From the NCBI RefSeq assembly GCF_037042905.1, contig NC_087251.1:27840001-27904000 (forward strand): a stretch of 64,000 nucleotides of DNA, read 5' to 3'. The notes beneath the pieces were generated by a model. The model was not told where the DNA came from, did not search any database, and was given only the letters and a program-made list of their open reading frames with translations. A program made the translations under genes and the position numbers. Source of the DNA: Lytechinus pictus (lineage: Eukaryota). Below, piece by piece: positions 39,201 to 54,200 of this stretch. Within the stretch, counting starts at the first letter, position 1, and every line of letters starts with the position of its first letter.

Positions 39201-42200
39201 TTGAGATGCCTAAAATATTTTTTCTTTATCATAGAAGTGGGTTTCAAATGATGCATCTAATGGTAAAATGAATGCATTTGTGAGTAAAATATTTTGTTGA
39301 GAAACTTGCAATTTTAATTTGAAAGGGGTAGCTTTCATGGGATTTCCAATGGGCTGCTCACATGTAATTTATGGAAAAAAAAACTGTTCATGACCACCAC
39401 TTGATCAGGGCCTTATAACATAAATCTTTGTGATTGATTGTTAGGTGCCATTTTACAATTGATTGCATTGACCACAACATGAAGTCAGTCGCTAAAATCA
39501 ATAGTATGATCCGCCACTGAGCTTTATGTACAGTGTTCTGGGCTCCTGAAGTCTGATTTGTGTCACCTTGAAATGCTTGACTCATACATGAATAATTTGT
39601 ACATTACAGTCAGTCCGCAAGCCCTGAAAAAGTAGCTTCTTTTATCCAAGTGATATTCATGACAAGAGGGTTTTTGCATAGTTAATGAGCTTGGTGCGAA
39701 CCAAAACACCTCTTTTTATTCGGCCATTGCTGCTCTAAATATTGACCAAATTTCATGTTTTTGGTATCTTTGTAAAGAAGAAGAATCATTCTTTTAGGTC
39801 ATGTGTTTGGATTTTTAAAAGAATGTTGTAATATAGGAAAAACTTTTGATCTAAAACATGAAACAAAATATTTTTTTTCATGCAACAAAAGTTGTTGTTT
39901 TCACACTTAATTTCTGTTTAGGCACAAATGATTTTTAAATCATGATAAAGCTGAAGATCTAAGCTTTAATATGATATAATTTTTATAAGAAGATGTATTT
40001 TAGATGGGTCAGCAGCCAGCTTTTCATAGGCCAAGTACATTTTGCAGCTCAAAAACAAGAATACTGCGCTCTGATTGGTCATAGACCACACACCCACGCA
40101 AATTCCAATGTTCCCCACACTGGGCCTCTGCAAGGTCACACTCACCATGTGGTAATCTCTTCAAATTACCCGCGCCTGTTTGTTTTGAAAACAGTATTCA
40201 GCCAATCAGAACTCTGGATTTTATGTTACTCAGAAATTTCAGAAATCTCGTCTTGCATCTTGATGGATATAACTGGCTGCTGACCCATCTAAAAGATGCC
40301 ACATATCAAGAGTGACATTGTAAGAAAGTATAGAGTTTGAGCTTTCTGATGATATAAATAATGTTGGTGCCTAAAACACAAAATGTTGCACAATTTGCAA
40401 GTGAAAACAGAGGAAGAAAATTCTGTTTGATGCATCTTTTCAGGTAAAAAATTCACTTATTTATCAAAATATTTCATTCAAAAGAAATGACCAATATAAA
40501 AGGGTAACATTTACTCTTGCCCATGGTACAAAAATAATCAATATTACTCAAGGAGAAAGTGGTTAAATTCTTTGAGAAAGAAAGTCTCACAATTCACGAG
40601 ATTTTGCAGGGACATGAATTCAGCCACGAGAGGACTTGGATAAATCTTGCTCATTTGCTCATTAACACAGGGGCTTGCGGACTGACTGATTACACCTAAA
40701 TTTGCCCCCTCTGCTAGTTCACCAGACACAATCCCAATTGAATATCCCAGATGCATGCAGGAGTAATATAATTTCTTTAGCTAGTACCATACATAAAGAC
40801 CAGCAGCCCTGATTATTATCTCATCATCTCCTGTGTGTATTTTATCCCACATTGGCGTATGTAAAAAGCCATCTATTCATGCACACACAGACACTCAACC
40901 CTTGTCACCTTTCGAAAGCACAGGGGGTACCCAATTCCATTCATAAAATTTTGTATTGAACAAGTATGTACTTTGTAATGTATCATGAAGTGTGTGTACA
41001 CAAATGTGTATTCTTGAATGCACAGATATAGATGCAGTGCTTTGGAATAATCTGTGTATGATTTCTTCAGCAACATACACCAGACAAAAATATGATGAAT
41101 GCTTTCTACCTCCAATTCCTCGATAATGCAATCCATGTTGTTATCATACCACTGCTGTTTTGTCTCAAGTGCATCAAATTAAACCAAACATTTAACAAAA
41201 TATTTGTTTGTTCTCTTTCACTCAAATTGTATCAGACATGTTGGCCTAATAGTTTTTAGTACTGACTTTAATGTGGGGTTTTGTTCATGAACTTTGAATA
41301 ATGAATGTATATGCACAGGTATGAAAGAGACTTCGGTCCTCCTGGAAATTGTTGCAACCCCAGAGGAAAAACTTTAGATTTCAGATAACCCAACCCAATT
41401 AAAGTAAATCTACATTACATGTATGATGTAGGCCTACATGTACTGTTCCCAGGTTGAACGCAGTCTGAAACTGAAGGCTTCTTGTACAAAGTGTATATCT
41501 ATAGGCATATATGTAGGCCTCTTATAAATTATGCATGTATCACTCTATACCATACAAAAACATGGCAGGACTTTTTTTTTCTGACACAAATGATGTATGT
41601 TAATTGTTTTTATATAAATTTCAAGATCATCATCATTATCATCATCGTCACCGTTGCCATTATCATCGTCACCATTGTCATTATCATCATCAGTGTCATC
41701 AATATCTATTATCACCCTAATTCATAATCTTCTTTATCATCATTGTTGAGCTTCTTCTTTATCTTTTTTTACTTTTTACTTTATCTGCAGGCACTCATGA
41801 AAAGATTGAATTGCAAAAAGAACATGTATGGATTCTGTACAACTACACACAAGCCTTTCTCCACAGGTAAATATAAAATTTATTACTTTTTTGTATTTGT
41901 TTATAGAATACATTTAGGGACTAAGCCTTTTATAAATAACTTTCTTATTAACTGTGTTTCATTTCTCTGAGAGGTGTGATTGATTGAAATCAGAATGCAA
42001 TTTTTCATTAGCAATGGCTGGCTTAATAAGGTATCATGTATATCGGTGCATGAGGGATGCCTGTAGAAGTTACAGAATAAACCCGTATGCAATAAAAAAA
42101 AGTCTCTTTTGACGTGGGAATTTATGATTAGGCCTATATTTTCAGTATTGAACAAAATACAAATATATTCAGGCTTTGAGAAAGTATAGTATACAAATAT

Positions 42201-45200
42201 ACCAGGCTTTGAGTAAGTATAGCAGGAATTATTTATCCGAGGTTGGACTGGCATTACTATTGATTGATTTTGCCAGTACAACCGAGGATGAATAATTTAT
42301 CTCTATACTTTCGAAATAAAGGCCTGGTATATTTGTTTTATATCCTACTTTCACACCTAGCGGATTACAATATCAGTTACACCATATGTGTATTTATATT
42401 TTTTCATATACATTTCTTTTTTGGATATATTTATATACATATCACTTATAGATACATATTTACACTTACCTTCTTCTCTTAGTTTGTTTAATGCTTTATC
42501 TGTCTTTTGCACATTATCAGTTGTTCCCCATTCTTTTCCTTTTTCCCCCACTCTTATGCACCAGTTTATTATGCCTTTCTTTGTAACCTGTTTGACCCAC
42601 CTCTCACTAATTCTCTAGTTATTCATCCCTCTATCACTGTTTTGTTCCAGATCCTGTTTGATGTTGCCTGCCTCATTATCTTAATCCCTCTTGGCCTTAC
42701 TTACACTAACTTCCCTTTTACCCTTTTTACACACGCTAAAATTTCCTTAACCCCGTACTATAGGTGGGGCTAAATTGCCATTTAGCCCCACCTATAGTAC
42801 GGGGTTAAGCTTAGCCCACTTTCTTTTTACACAGCATTTTTGCAAAGTGGGCTAACCCCACCTTTAGTACGGGATTATTTGGCCCTGCAAAAAAGCAGGG
42901 TTATCCCAGCAATTGTGGTGCTAAGAGCGATAGTACGGGGTTAAGATCGCTAGTGTAAAACGAAAGTTGGCTAAGCTTAACCCCGTACTATAGGTGGGGC
43001 TAAATGGCAATTTAGCCGCGGCGGCGCTGACTGACCTACTTTTCCTGAAGTGCTTAGCTATGCGCTCAGTGCGCGGAACGCGTATTAGTGCTTGCGCCAT
43101 CATGATCTGTGGCGTCAATGATGGAATAGTCGACTATTCCATCATTGACGTCACGGAATAGCACATTTTCTTCGGTGGGCGTTTCATTTTCGACATCATC
43201 ACAAAATAGTGAGAATATGTTTGGTCACATGATGCTATTTAAACCAATCAGCGTACATGATTTAATTTATGTAGGATATAATGGGAATTATTTATCCAAA
43301 GGAGTTCTGGCAGTTACTTTTCAGTCCAACTGAGGATTAATCATTCCCATTATGCTTTCAAAGGAAATGCCAAATATATTTGTTTTATATCCTACTTCTA
43401 ATAAATTAGAACCAAAATCTATGCGCTGAGCTTGTAGAGTTCGGTTACTTGCGTTGAATGACCTACTTTTCACTAAGCCACCGTGCTCAGCCGAATGCGA
43501 ATTAGTGCCTGCGCCGACGCATCTCTGGACTTGCCTTGGAGAGACGGCTCGCTGACTGGTGTGTCCGAGCGATTAGCTGAATATCCAGTTTTCTTAAACA
43601 ATGACGACAGGATATTGGTATTGCGAAAAATGTATTAAGGTCTGATATCATGCAACATCATAGAATATATTTGGTCACATGATGCTGTTTGAACCAATCA
43701 CTATACAGGATTTAATCTTTGTAGGATATAAAAGCTACTATGTATCTTCTAAGACCTTGGCATTGTGTAATCCAAGCTGAAGTACATGAGGGAAGTTGCA
43801 AATTGGGTTAGAGGTTCAAATCTTGGGGGAGAATTCACAAAGACTAACGATTTGCCATTATGGTAACACCATGGAAACCTTGATTTTGATTGGCTACTAA
43901 GCCTGGTTACCATGATTGCAAGTCCTATATTCGAATTGGCCCAGGTCAAGTTTTTTTAATGGTGATGTTAAACGGTCAGTCTCAAACATACATGTATGTA
44001 GTCATATCTGATTCATGCACATCTGTATAAAATCTTGGTTACATTTGCATACTCACACAGGCCTCTACAAAAAAAAATTCATCACTTGCCCTGTCGGGCA
44101 AGTGATAAAAAAATTTGCTAGCCCGATAGAAAAAACTGCTTGCCCGATTTTTTTTCAAAAATTCTTTTGCTCTTAATTATTCTTTTCTGTCCTGGCTGAA
44201 CTTGATTTACTGGCGCTGCCCTTGGCATTTCTTTTTCTTGACTCTTGTTCAAGTTGTTCTGGCCGCCGATCATGACGACAAAAGTCGCCTATTTTAGTCT
44301 GACGACTCATTGTTTATTTGGTTTGAAGTTGAAGCCGAGCCCTGGCCAGGGTGACCAGATTTCACAAAATGAAATACAGGATAATCGACAAAAAAAAAGA
44401 TCAAGAAAGAAGGCTACACAGCGTTAGACTTGTGAAAAAAGTACAGAATTGGAAGGGAGGGTGAACGAAAGAATGAAGGAGAGAAAGAAAAGAGATGAAT
44501 TGAGAAGAAAGAAAGAAAAAATGAAGAGGAAAATGAAGGAAATAATAAAAATATAAGAAAGTTCTAATAAAAGAAGGATGAAAGAATAAAAATAGATAAA
44601 AAGGTTTCTGTCATTCTTTGAATTGAATATAGAAAGAAAAAAAAAGAAAAGGGAAGATGAATAAATGTGTGAAAGTAAAAACAAAGAAGAGAAAGACAAA
44701 AAGAAAGTAAGAAAAAAGGAGGAGGAAAGAAAGAAGGAAGGAAAGAAAATTTTCCTTCATTCTTGGAAAGAAAGAAGAAAACAGGAAGGAAGGAAGAAAG
44801 AAAGTATAAGGGAAAAGAATAAGGACAAAATGAAATAAATAATGAAAGAAAGAAAGGAGGAAAGAATGAAGGGAGGCCAGAATGAAAAAAAAGAAAATAA
44901 TGGAAGGAGAGATAGAACGAAAATAAAAACGAGTGGAAGGGAGAAGGAATGAAGGAAATAAAAAAAAGGAAATGTAATAAAGAAGGCAAGTAAGAGAAAG
45001 AAGGAAAGAAAGAAAATGAACAGAGAGAGAGAGAGAAAGGATCAGGAAATAAAAATAGATATGTAACAAAAAAGGGCAAGAAGGAAAGATAGAAGGATAG
45101 AAAAGAAAGAAAGAGGAAAAAGTTCAATCTTCAAGCAAATAAAAACAATCCAATCATATAACAAAAATCCTAATGATATTTGGTGTTTCTTTTATATATT

Positions 45201-48200
45201 TTTAAAATAAAATAAAAACTAAAATGTTTTAGAAATGAATAAAATATGGGACGCTGGTCCTGGCCGAGTCAGTCCGAAGCTTGCATGCATTCAGCGCGAT
45301 CTAGCTCGAGACTCGGCTGGCTCGATCGCGATCGCTCGTGTACGTCCGTACATGTACATGCGCTCAGAGGGCGAGAGAGGGGTTTCCCCAGCTAGCTCCT
45401 TCGTCGATTAGTAGCGCATGCGCACATTGTAGTTTATAAAGTAAGATGGCAGCCTCCATCGAACGGGACCGCTCGCGATATATTGTCGCCTTTTGTCGGT
45501 AAATTGGCGCTGATTTGACATGTTTCCACTGTTTTTTGACTGGTATGACATTGTATGAGAGATAATTGGCCGATAATTGCAATTTATCAAAAATTATTAA
45601 ACTTTACTGTCAATTATCTTGTTCATTTTCAAAACAACCACTTGCCCGATCGGGCAATTGACTTTGAGAAATGCTTGCCCGCACGTCATTTTCACTTGCC
45701 CCGGGCAAGCGGGTTTGTCGCGCCCTGCTCACACACACATACACATGGGGAAAGTGTGTATAGATTTTTTGTACAAAATGAAATTTGATTTTATAGCTTT
45801 GCATAAAAAAATTATTTAGCCATATGATACATGATTACATTGTCTTGAATGGGTTAATTTGGCTGGCCTGTTAAGTTAGCATCGCTAAGCAGGCATTCAA
45901 ACGAAAATCCCTTATTATACAGATTCAAGAAGTGACATCATTAGAACACCATCATACCCCCTGTTTTAGTCATAATTCACAGAAACTCGCAGAAACTTCA
46001 ATGGAAAGAGCTGTATATGCTCTTTATTTGCAAAAAGGAGTTAAATCAACTTTTTATTTTGAGAGAAAAATGTATTTGATTGTATCAAGTTTTGCACAGG
46101 CATCTACTGTATGGACAAATGAATGCAGTTTTGTTTTTCTAATCGGTCTTGGAGAGCTATGCCTACTGCAGGCCTTCAATTTCATTATTTTTAGGGCAAG
46201 GCCACTTTTCCAAAGGGCACAATTCTATATTACAACACAAATGGGAAAATCAAAAGGGCACGAATGTCCAAAGCCTATGAGATGGGTATCAATTGGTGGT
46301 TACAACCCGCCTCGAAGTTTGTCAGTTCCAGGTATTTCCTGATCGGGAAATTTGCCCTGATCAGAAAATACAAGGTAATTTTGGCAGTGTGAAAGAAAAT
46401 TACATGTAATATCCCCGATAGAAAATACCCGCTAGGTAGTAGGTACTTGTTTAAAATACAAGTTTCGCTGGGATTTTTCCAAGGTTGCAGGTATTTTGGC
46501 AGTGTGAAAGCAAATTACTGGAACTTTCTTAGTTGGGCGCGGGTGCCGTGGGTTGCTACTGAGCTAGTGATTTTGAATCTCACGCCTTGTCTGCTTATAA
46601 GACCATAGTGCGCATGCTCAAAACTTCAGGAATTTTCGGGGCAGTGTGAATGCAGGAATAATTATCGAGTATTTTTCAGCCTGAAAACAGTTCTCCTAAT
46701 GTAACAGGGATTTTGTGATTGAGGTGGTTTGAAAACACCTAATGCCATTCAATAGGCCATCCACAGCCATGGATTTTGATGACCTTTGATTAATCAATCC
46801 ATGCCTTGCTACTGAAAGAATTCCTTGGAAATGGTACGGTATTATACTCTATACTATTATGGAGACATGAATTTCCTATCGTAAATATCCATATTACAGG
46901 CCACAAAATAGTCTATTAAACTAAGCCAATTCCTGTCATGCATTAAGCCCCCATCACACTTATTCGGAATCAGCAGGAATCAAGCAGAAGCTGGAAAGAA
47001 AAAATATTCAAAAAATCTAGAAATTTTTGGGAGGAACTTATGAATTCACCAAACTGGAGTTGAAATTCAGCAAATTGTCCAGGTGTATCATACACTAGTC
47101 AAAATGAACTGCAATGGAGTCAGATTGATAATTCGTGCTACATTCTTGGACATTCTAGGCGCATTCTAAATATCCTGACTGCATTCTGAGTGCATTCAAA
47201 ATATTTTTGTCATTTCTTTTGGCCGTCCCGAAGGTTTTGGTCATGTTCAAAACATTCGAGGGATATTTTCGAACGGTGTTTGAAGTAGATTTAAATGACC
47301 AACTGGTGGTCAAACAATAGTACTTTCATTCAGGCCAATTCTGCTTGATTCGGAATAAGTGTGATGGGAGCTTTAAGGTTTGTAAACTTAAGGTATGATC
47401 CTGGCAAAAATTTTCTAACTACTTTTAAGTAGGAAGCTGTTTTCACTGACAAACTTGCTTTCAGCAAATGATCAGATACAAGGATTTCAGTAGCTTATAA
47501 CAAAGCTGAAACAAACACACGGAATAATTTTCAGGAGCCTCATGTAAACATGACCGAACAGTGATCAGGGGAATGAGGGGATGTTCTTGGAGCTTGATGT
47601 TGTCTGTTAGCTTCTATGAAAAATTTGGTTACATCTAATCAGATGTAAGAATTTCAGTAGCTTGCAACAGCTGTTGATGAAAGAACAAAATGATGGATAA
47701 ATCGATGTCTTTGTAAGAACACGAGTTCCCCTTATATCAACAATCCATATTCTTCAAAAGTGGATCTAGCGCCTATTGGTAAGTAGCTCCGAGAGCAAGA
47801 TGCAGTATCATACAGGATTAGGGGGGAAAAAGTGTCGGGAGCTTATTAGCTTGCATCATCATTAGCACAGTGCAGACACGGAGCATTAGAAGGGGCTTTC
47901 CTGCAAAACAACATATCCGTCGATGCCTGGAATGGCATTTATTTCGTTAGAAAAATTGACTTCCTGCCAGTAACTTTGATTTCCTGTCTGGTTCCTGGTG
48001 CATTTGTACTTACGTAGTTTTATGATTTTTTATTTAGACCAAATATTTTTACACACAGAACGATAAGGATACATAACAAACTTGAACATGACATTGGTCT
48101 GTGAAAAAAGAAGAGCTCACCTACAATGAATAACATTTAAGGAGTGTACACATTAGTTTTCCTAGATTTCGAAGGGGAATCAAATATCTAGAAATAAAAT

Positions 48201-51200
48201 ATTAAATACAATATAAAAACATTGAGGAATTTTGCCTCAGGAAAGCTGAAAAAAAAATTATTCATGATTTTTTAAAAGCTGTTACAGACAATCTAATTTG
48301 CAATCAACATTGTTTTTCTTTTCAAAGCGTACTATTACATGTAGGTCTACAGTTTTACTGATTTATTTTAATGATCGTTTTTTTAAATTTCATAAGAAGG
48401 TCATTTTCATCTGTATAATATTATGTAGTTGTGGTAGGTCAGTGGTATAGTGTGAACGTTTTGTAAATAAAGCAGTGTTATTCTAAGTCTGAAACTGAAA
48501 TGGATTGGGGAAAATGGATACATCCTATTTAGCCTTGAACTTGTTGTGTTTCTGGGTCTAGAGGCCTGGCTGAGACATTCAGCAGGGTGCTAATTTCATT
48601 AGCCAAAGACGATCAAGAGATCCGTAAAGAGACAATGAGGAAGTATGTAATTGTGTCACCTACTGCTCTAACTGTTTGATTCCATTATATGTGCATCATG
48701 ATGAATAATCCAAAACATCCAGAAGATGAATTAGGATGGAGGGAGTGGAAGAGAGAGAGAGAGAGCTACATATATCGATAATAAGAGAGACAGAGAGGGA
48801 GGGGGGTGAAGACGGAGGCCAGAGCGTATTGTAGAGTAGAGAGAAGGAAGCAGGGGGGTATGAAGAAGGGCAGAAGAGAAACAAGTGGTGGTGTGAGGGG
48901 TGTAGAAATTAGTGTGACATATTTTTATAAAAGTCTCATTGAAATGAGGCAAGTTGAAGAATGCCGTTAGTCAAGAATATTCTCTTTATCAGGACCATTA
49001 ATTTTTAAAAGGACATGAAGCACGACTCATGTTTCTTATTTTTAAACTGTCAATCAAATTTGCATAGAGTTCAAGAATCAGTCAGTCTAATAAACACACA
49101 AGATATGGGTGAAGATTTTATTAAGTCATTAAAGGTCACCGAAACAGGACTCCATGTAGTTGTAAAGCACTTAAAAGTATTTTCGGACCAGACTCACTTG
49201 AAAACTTGAAATACCTGATATTTTGTGAGTGTGAAAACTACCCTGATGTACCTCAATCAGAAAATGGCAGGTATTGTTGCCAGTGTGGAAGCAAATTACT
49301 TGTAAATACCCCTGAAAATATTCCCTGTTAATTGGTAGTTTTCAAAATTACCACAACTTTGTAGTTCATGAGTATTTACACAGAATTTCTATCCCATCAC
49401 AGTGAGGGCACTTGGGTTGCTGGCTGGCAAAAGAGCATTTCTATTTTTATGAAAGGACTTGTTGGGTGTATATATATATCTGATGTATTCTATAGCCTTG
49501 ATTGCTAATCAGGCCGTACTTGTACTTGCTCAACTTCAAGACTTTACCGTGGAAGAGTCTAGTTTTTTGGTTTGGTATGAATGCCGACAAAAAGTATGGA
49601 GTATTTTGAGGCATGAACATATATTTTCTGTGATTTTACGTCTTCCCTGTTCCTGTTACTGGTCCCTGTAATTGTATCGTTTATCAAATTTTATCATTTC
49701 CTTTTCAGGCAATGCAATTGTGTCTTCAAGGAATATAAGAACTTTGAGCAGCTGAATAGCTTGGTTCAGCTCGTCCTCCGACTTGCAATTAATATCATCT
49801 CTTCGTGGCACCAATCAAGGGAGAACGATGAAGAAGAGCGGAGAAAAGGAAAAGAAGACAAGACAGAGGATCCAGGAAAGGAGGTTAGCGAGACTGACCC
49901 TGGAGCGTCCTGCAAAGAGGACGACACAGAACTGCCTATTGCAGAGGACACTGTCAAAGACAAGTGTGATGATAGTGTGAAAGACAAAGAAAAGAGCAGT
50001 GATGGAACAACTGAAGATGGAAAAACTGGTGATGTGAAAAAGAAGGAGGAGGAGGAAAGGAAAGATGGAAATGAAGAGGGCATGGAGGAAGAGAAGGGTG
50101 TTAACACCACTGAGGATGGGGATGATGTTCCAAGGGATGGTGAGAAGAAGGCGTCCAGGTGTAGAACACCGGAGGAGAGCAATCGTCGGGCGGAAGATGA
50201 GGATTGGACGCAGGAGGAGAAGGAGAGGTTATTGCATCTTGTTGCCAAAGTTTTTCACATGACCTTCCCATTGTATTCAGCACATAAACAGTACTACCAT
50301 GGTGTCACAGATGTAAGTATTATACTTTGTACAATGCTATCAGAAAATCCCTACCAATGACCTATCTACCCAGTTAGGGGTGTGCAGTTGTATCATAGAT
50401 AAATGCAATATTGGTTCATGACAGTAGAAAGTTGAACAAGTGTATTTAAGATCATAATATTTTGGCAAATACAAATAATCGATTGTAATCAATACTCATA
50501 CAACAAGTAAACATAGAATGATATTTTTTAAGAAAAGTGATAAAAAGTTTCATATCTCTTTCCGTTTAACAGGAGCTGTCACCACAAGAATCAGAAGCAC
50601 TGGGAAACTACTGTGACACAAATGTAAGTTATGTTATCGTCTAAGGGAGTGTTGCAAGGAAATGACCTGTTATCAGTGGCGAAAATTGGATGCAAATTAT
50701 AGAACAAATTTAAGTTGAGTGAATGAATTCAATCCTTTATGGCAATTAGCAGAGCTGTGAGTGTTTCACAAACGTTGACTGAATTGCACTAAAATCCCAA
50801 GTTGTGTGAGGTATATAATGCATCAATACATTGGTCAGATCCCGCTCATATGTACATGTATGCTGTCCTTTATTCAAAGATGCCCCTTTGTGAAACAGCC
50901 CCAGAAATCAGTTGCAAGATTAAAAATTGGTTTGGGTACCTACAGTTGCTTGCAAAAATTATAGATAACATATTAATCATATGGAGTCTACCGTTAAAAG
51001 ATACCTTATTGTATTGAATAGTTAATTCATCGTATAGGCATTGAAACATTTGTTTGGTACAGGTGCAGGAATTGAGGGGGAAAATTCCATGATTGTCAGT
51101 ACAGTTGAAGTTTATATTGTTTGTGTTTTTTCTCCTTTTTTTAGGATTTAGATGTCAGTCTCCATCTATTGCGGAATGTATGTTTCTTCTGTGACAGCAA

Positions 51201-54200
51201 TGGATTGGTGAAGATGAGGCAGTGCTTCCAACAATCTACTCCTGAGACACTGCCATTCTCCTCAGCGCATGCAATGTTCACTGTCGTTACTAATGTAAGA
51301 TGTAACTTCTTCCTTCCTACTATCAAACAAATTACAGAAATCGTTTGTAAATTACTATATTTTTGTCTTACCTGCACAGCAGGGTGAGACTATAGGTGCT
51401 GCTTTTCCGACGGGGGCGGAATCAACATTGTTAAGGTTAAGTTTTTGAAATGTCAACATAACATAGAAAGTATACGCACCTATTCCATACACACTCATTA
51501 CATCGTCTTGCATGATGTTCAGGTCACATGATCATGGTCAATGAACTTTGTCCATGTTGAGGTATCAGCATTAAATCTTTACCAAGATGAAGTTTTGAAA
51601 TGTCATCATAACTTTGAAAGTAAAAGGGCCTATTTGATAAAACTTTCATATAATGCTTATCAGGTATCTGCAAATGAACGGATGTAATTTCACGTCTCTT
51701 TCAAAGAGGTCAATGAACTTTGTGAACTTTATTATCAAATGAATGCTTGTTCTTTCCTCTCATTTTGAAATATCATTCATCATACATGTAGTTGTTTTTA
51801 AAGTCAGTTCTGCTGCTAGATGGATTTTGTAATGCAGGCAAGACTTTCAGAGTTGTTCCACTTTTTTATATTGGTGGTAAACTTCTTTTGTTTCTATATT
51901 TTTGTCATTTTAAAAGTATTTGTCTGGTAAGCATTTTTTTTTTCATTTTGGGGGAAGGAGCGGCAGGAGGGAGGGGGGGGGGGCTCTAATGTTAGTTGTT
52001 TGGTATAACTCAAGAATATCCTTTAGTTAATTTTGAGGGAGTTATCTCATTTCCAATTACACATTTGGAATAAAATGAGATGAATATGCTTCTTATTGAC
52101 TATTCTGAAGGGATAAAAGAATGAAAATTGCACAATAGTTATTATTTAGAACTTATCCAAGTAGAAAAACACTCTAATTTATTTTGTAGGTCTTTGGTTA
52201 GATATTTTTCTTTGCATATCAAGACCCACATATCTGAATACTAGGCCTACTACCCCTCTCCCTCTATCTTTCTCTCTCAGTTTTGATTCCTGATAAAATA
52301 TAGTTCTTTATTTGAGTAATAGCATGATTTTGAAGAATATGCGAGGGTTGTGAAACCTGTTACGCCTATTTCATCACTCTATGCTGTTCTATTTTAGGAA
52401 ATGGTTTCACATGCAGCACTTTCAATCTACTGTTTGTATTTAAGATGGACATAGAAAAAAATAATAAGTTCTTATTTTGATAATTTACATCATTATGCCT
52501 AACAAGGTCTTTACATAATCATTTTTCTATGTTAACCTTATAAGTTCCAACACAAACCCCATGCTAGCTAGAAGTTATATATTTGCATATGATACAAAAC
52601 TCCAGTTAATACAAGATTTCAACAATATACTGTTGGACGTGATATCCAAAAAGCACTCTTGTTTGTTATTTGTCATTTTCATGTGGTATGTACATGTACA
52701 TGTATGTGTAAGGCTCTATAGCAAATTAGAGCTACATGTGTGTTCAATTGTTTAATATGTTGTAATTGTAAGATAATCCATGTTCAAAAATACCGGTACC
52801 ATCAGTTGTAAATCTGAATATCATATCAATTTTATATCAATATTATGTATCAGGTCCTAGTACTGTATTTAAATAGAAATACATTCAGATTCATATTTCT
52901 TTAAGCTGGACTTTTAATGAAGAGTCATTAGTTTTTTTCTTTCTTTTAAGGTATGTCACATGTTCTTTTACAATTGAATTAGCAATATATGTATTTTTTT
53001 TTCATTTCAATTGGTTGTGTGGCTGTAATATGGGCTCAGATATATTCTGCTGTGTTGACACATTATCTAAAAGAGCTACATGTGTACGCTCAGTTATGAA
53101 TTATTTTGATGATTGCAATATTTCATATTTAATTTTAAGAAATTAAGATCTATTATAAACACTACATGTACAATTCTCGCTACCCCAAATAGCGATTTCG
53201 CCGAGATCCGGGAAAAATCCCCGTAACGTGCATTGCATTATGGGATAGCTTTTCGGTATTACAACTTCCTGTTCGGAAGTCCAATGCACTGTTTTGCCAT
53301 TCAGATCAACAGTGCCGTCATCCACAACGTCGCTTTTGCTCAGAAAATTCGTGATCACAACCCTCTCTTTCACGATACAGTTTAACGGCCTGTTCTGCTA
53401 AAGTCACTAATTCTGCCCAACGCTTTCCATTGCACGGTATTCCTTTGTCAGTTAAGATTTTTTAAAGTTCCGAAACTGATTTTTTAAATCCATTTTGTGG
53501 TCGACGAAAAATTGAACGGAATGAATGCTGTAGTGTATATATTTAGTGTCTAGTCGAATACGATCTTGATGTCAGGCCGGTCGCTAAAAGCAAAATTTTA
53601 AGATATTCATTTTTTGTTTAATTTTTTTATAACCAAATAAAAACATGAATAAAAATTACTTTCACGTAAAATATATATTTTTTTTTTATTTATAATTCAA
53701 ATGGAATCAAAACTGACCAAATTAAATAAAAATTATCATAATCTGTACATATTACGCTGATTGGCATCGATTTCAGCGTGGTGGAATCAGTATCGCGAAC
53801 CTCGCGCGCGCATGACTCTGAACCGGAAGTGGTGATGACGACCCGACAGAGTGAAAATTATCTCGTCTTGCGCATTATGAGATTTTTGTTCCTATTTGGG
53901 GTAGCGAGAATTAAATTCCCCCTTAATATGAAAAGTGTAATCTTTTAATGAAAGGGTTTGAGGGATATGTCCTGGGTTCCGTTTCATAAAGGCGTGTTAT
54001 AATAACAAATACAACATTTCTATAACAACTTTACCATAAGCCAATGAAAGGATTTTGGTAGCTGTTAACTTTTATTGCAAATTTGTTATTGTAACAAGTT
54101 TTATTAAACGGAACCCTGGTCTACATTTTCCTACAATTGTTTACTATTTGTAACCTCTTTGACAAAATCAAATTGATGAGTGATTATGCAGTGAAGGGCA

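Noticed and set aside
44424..45127. Phe/Leu/Ser-rich ORFs up to 187 aa
   Set aside because: Translation of a GA-rich low-complexity tract. The same applies at 31378-31599 and 32556-32871.
49766..50283. Ser-rich - strand ORFs
   Set aside because: Antisense of USP34 exon 3.
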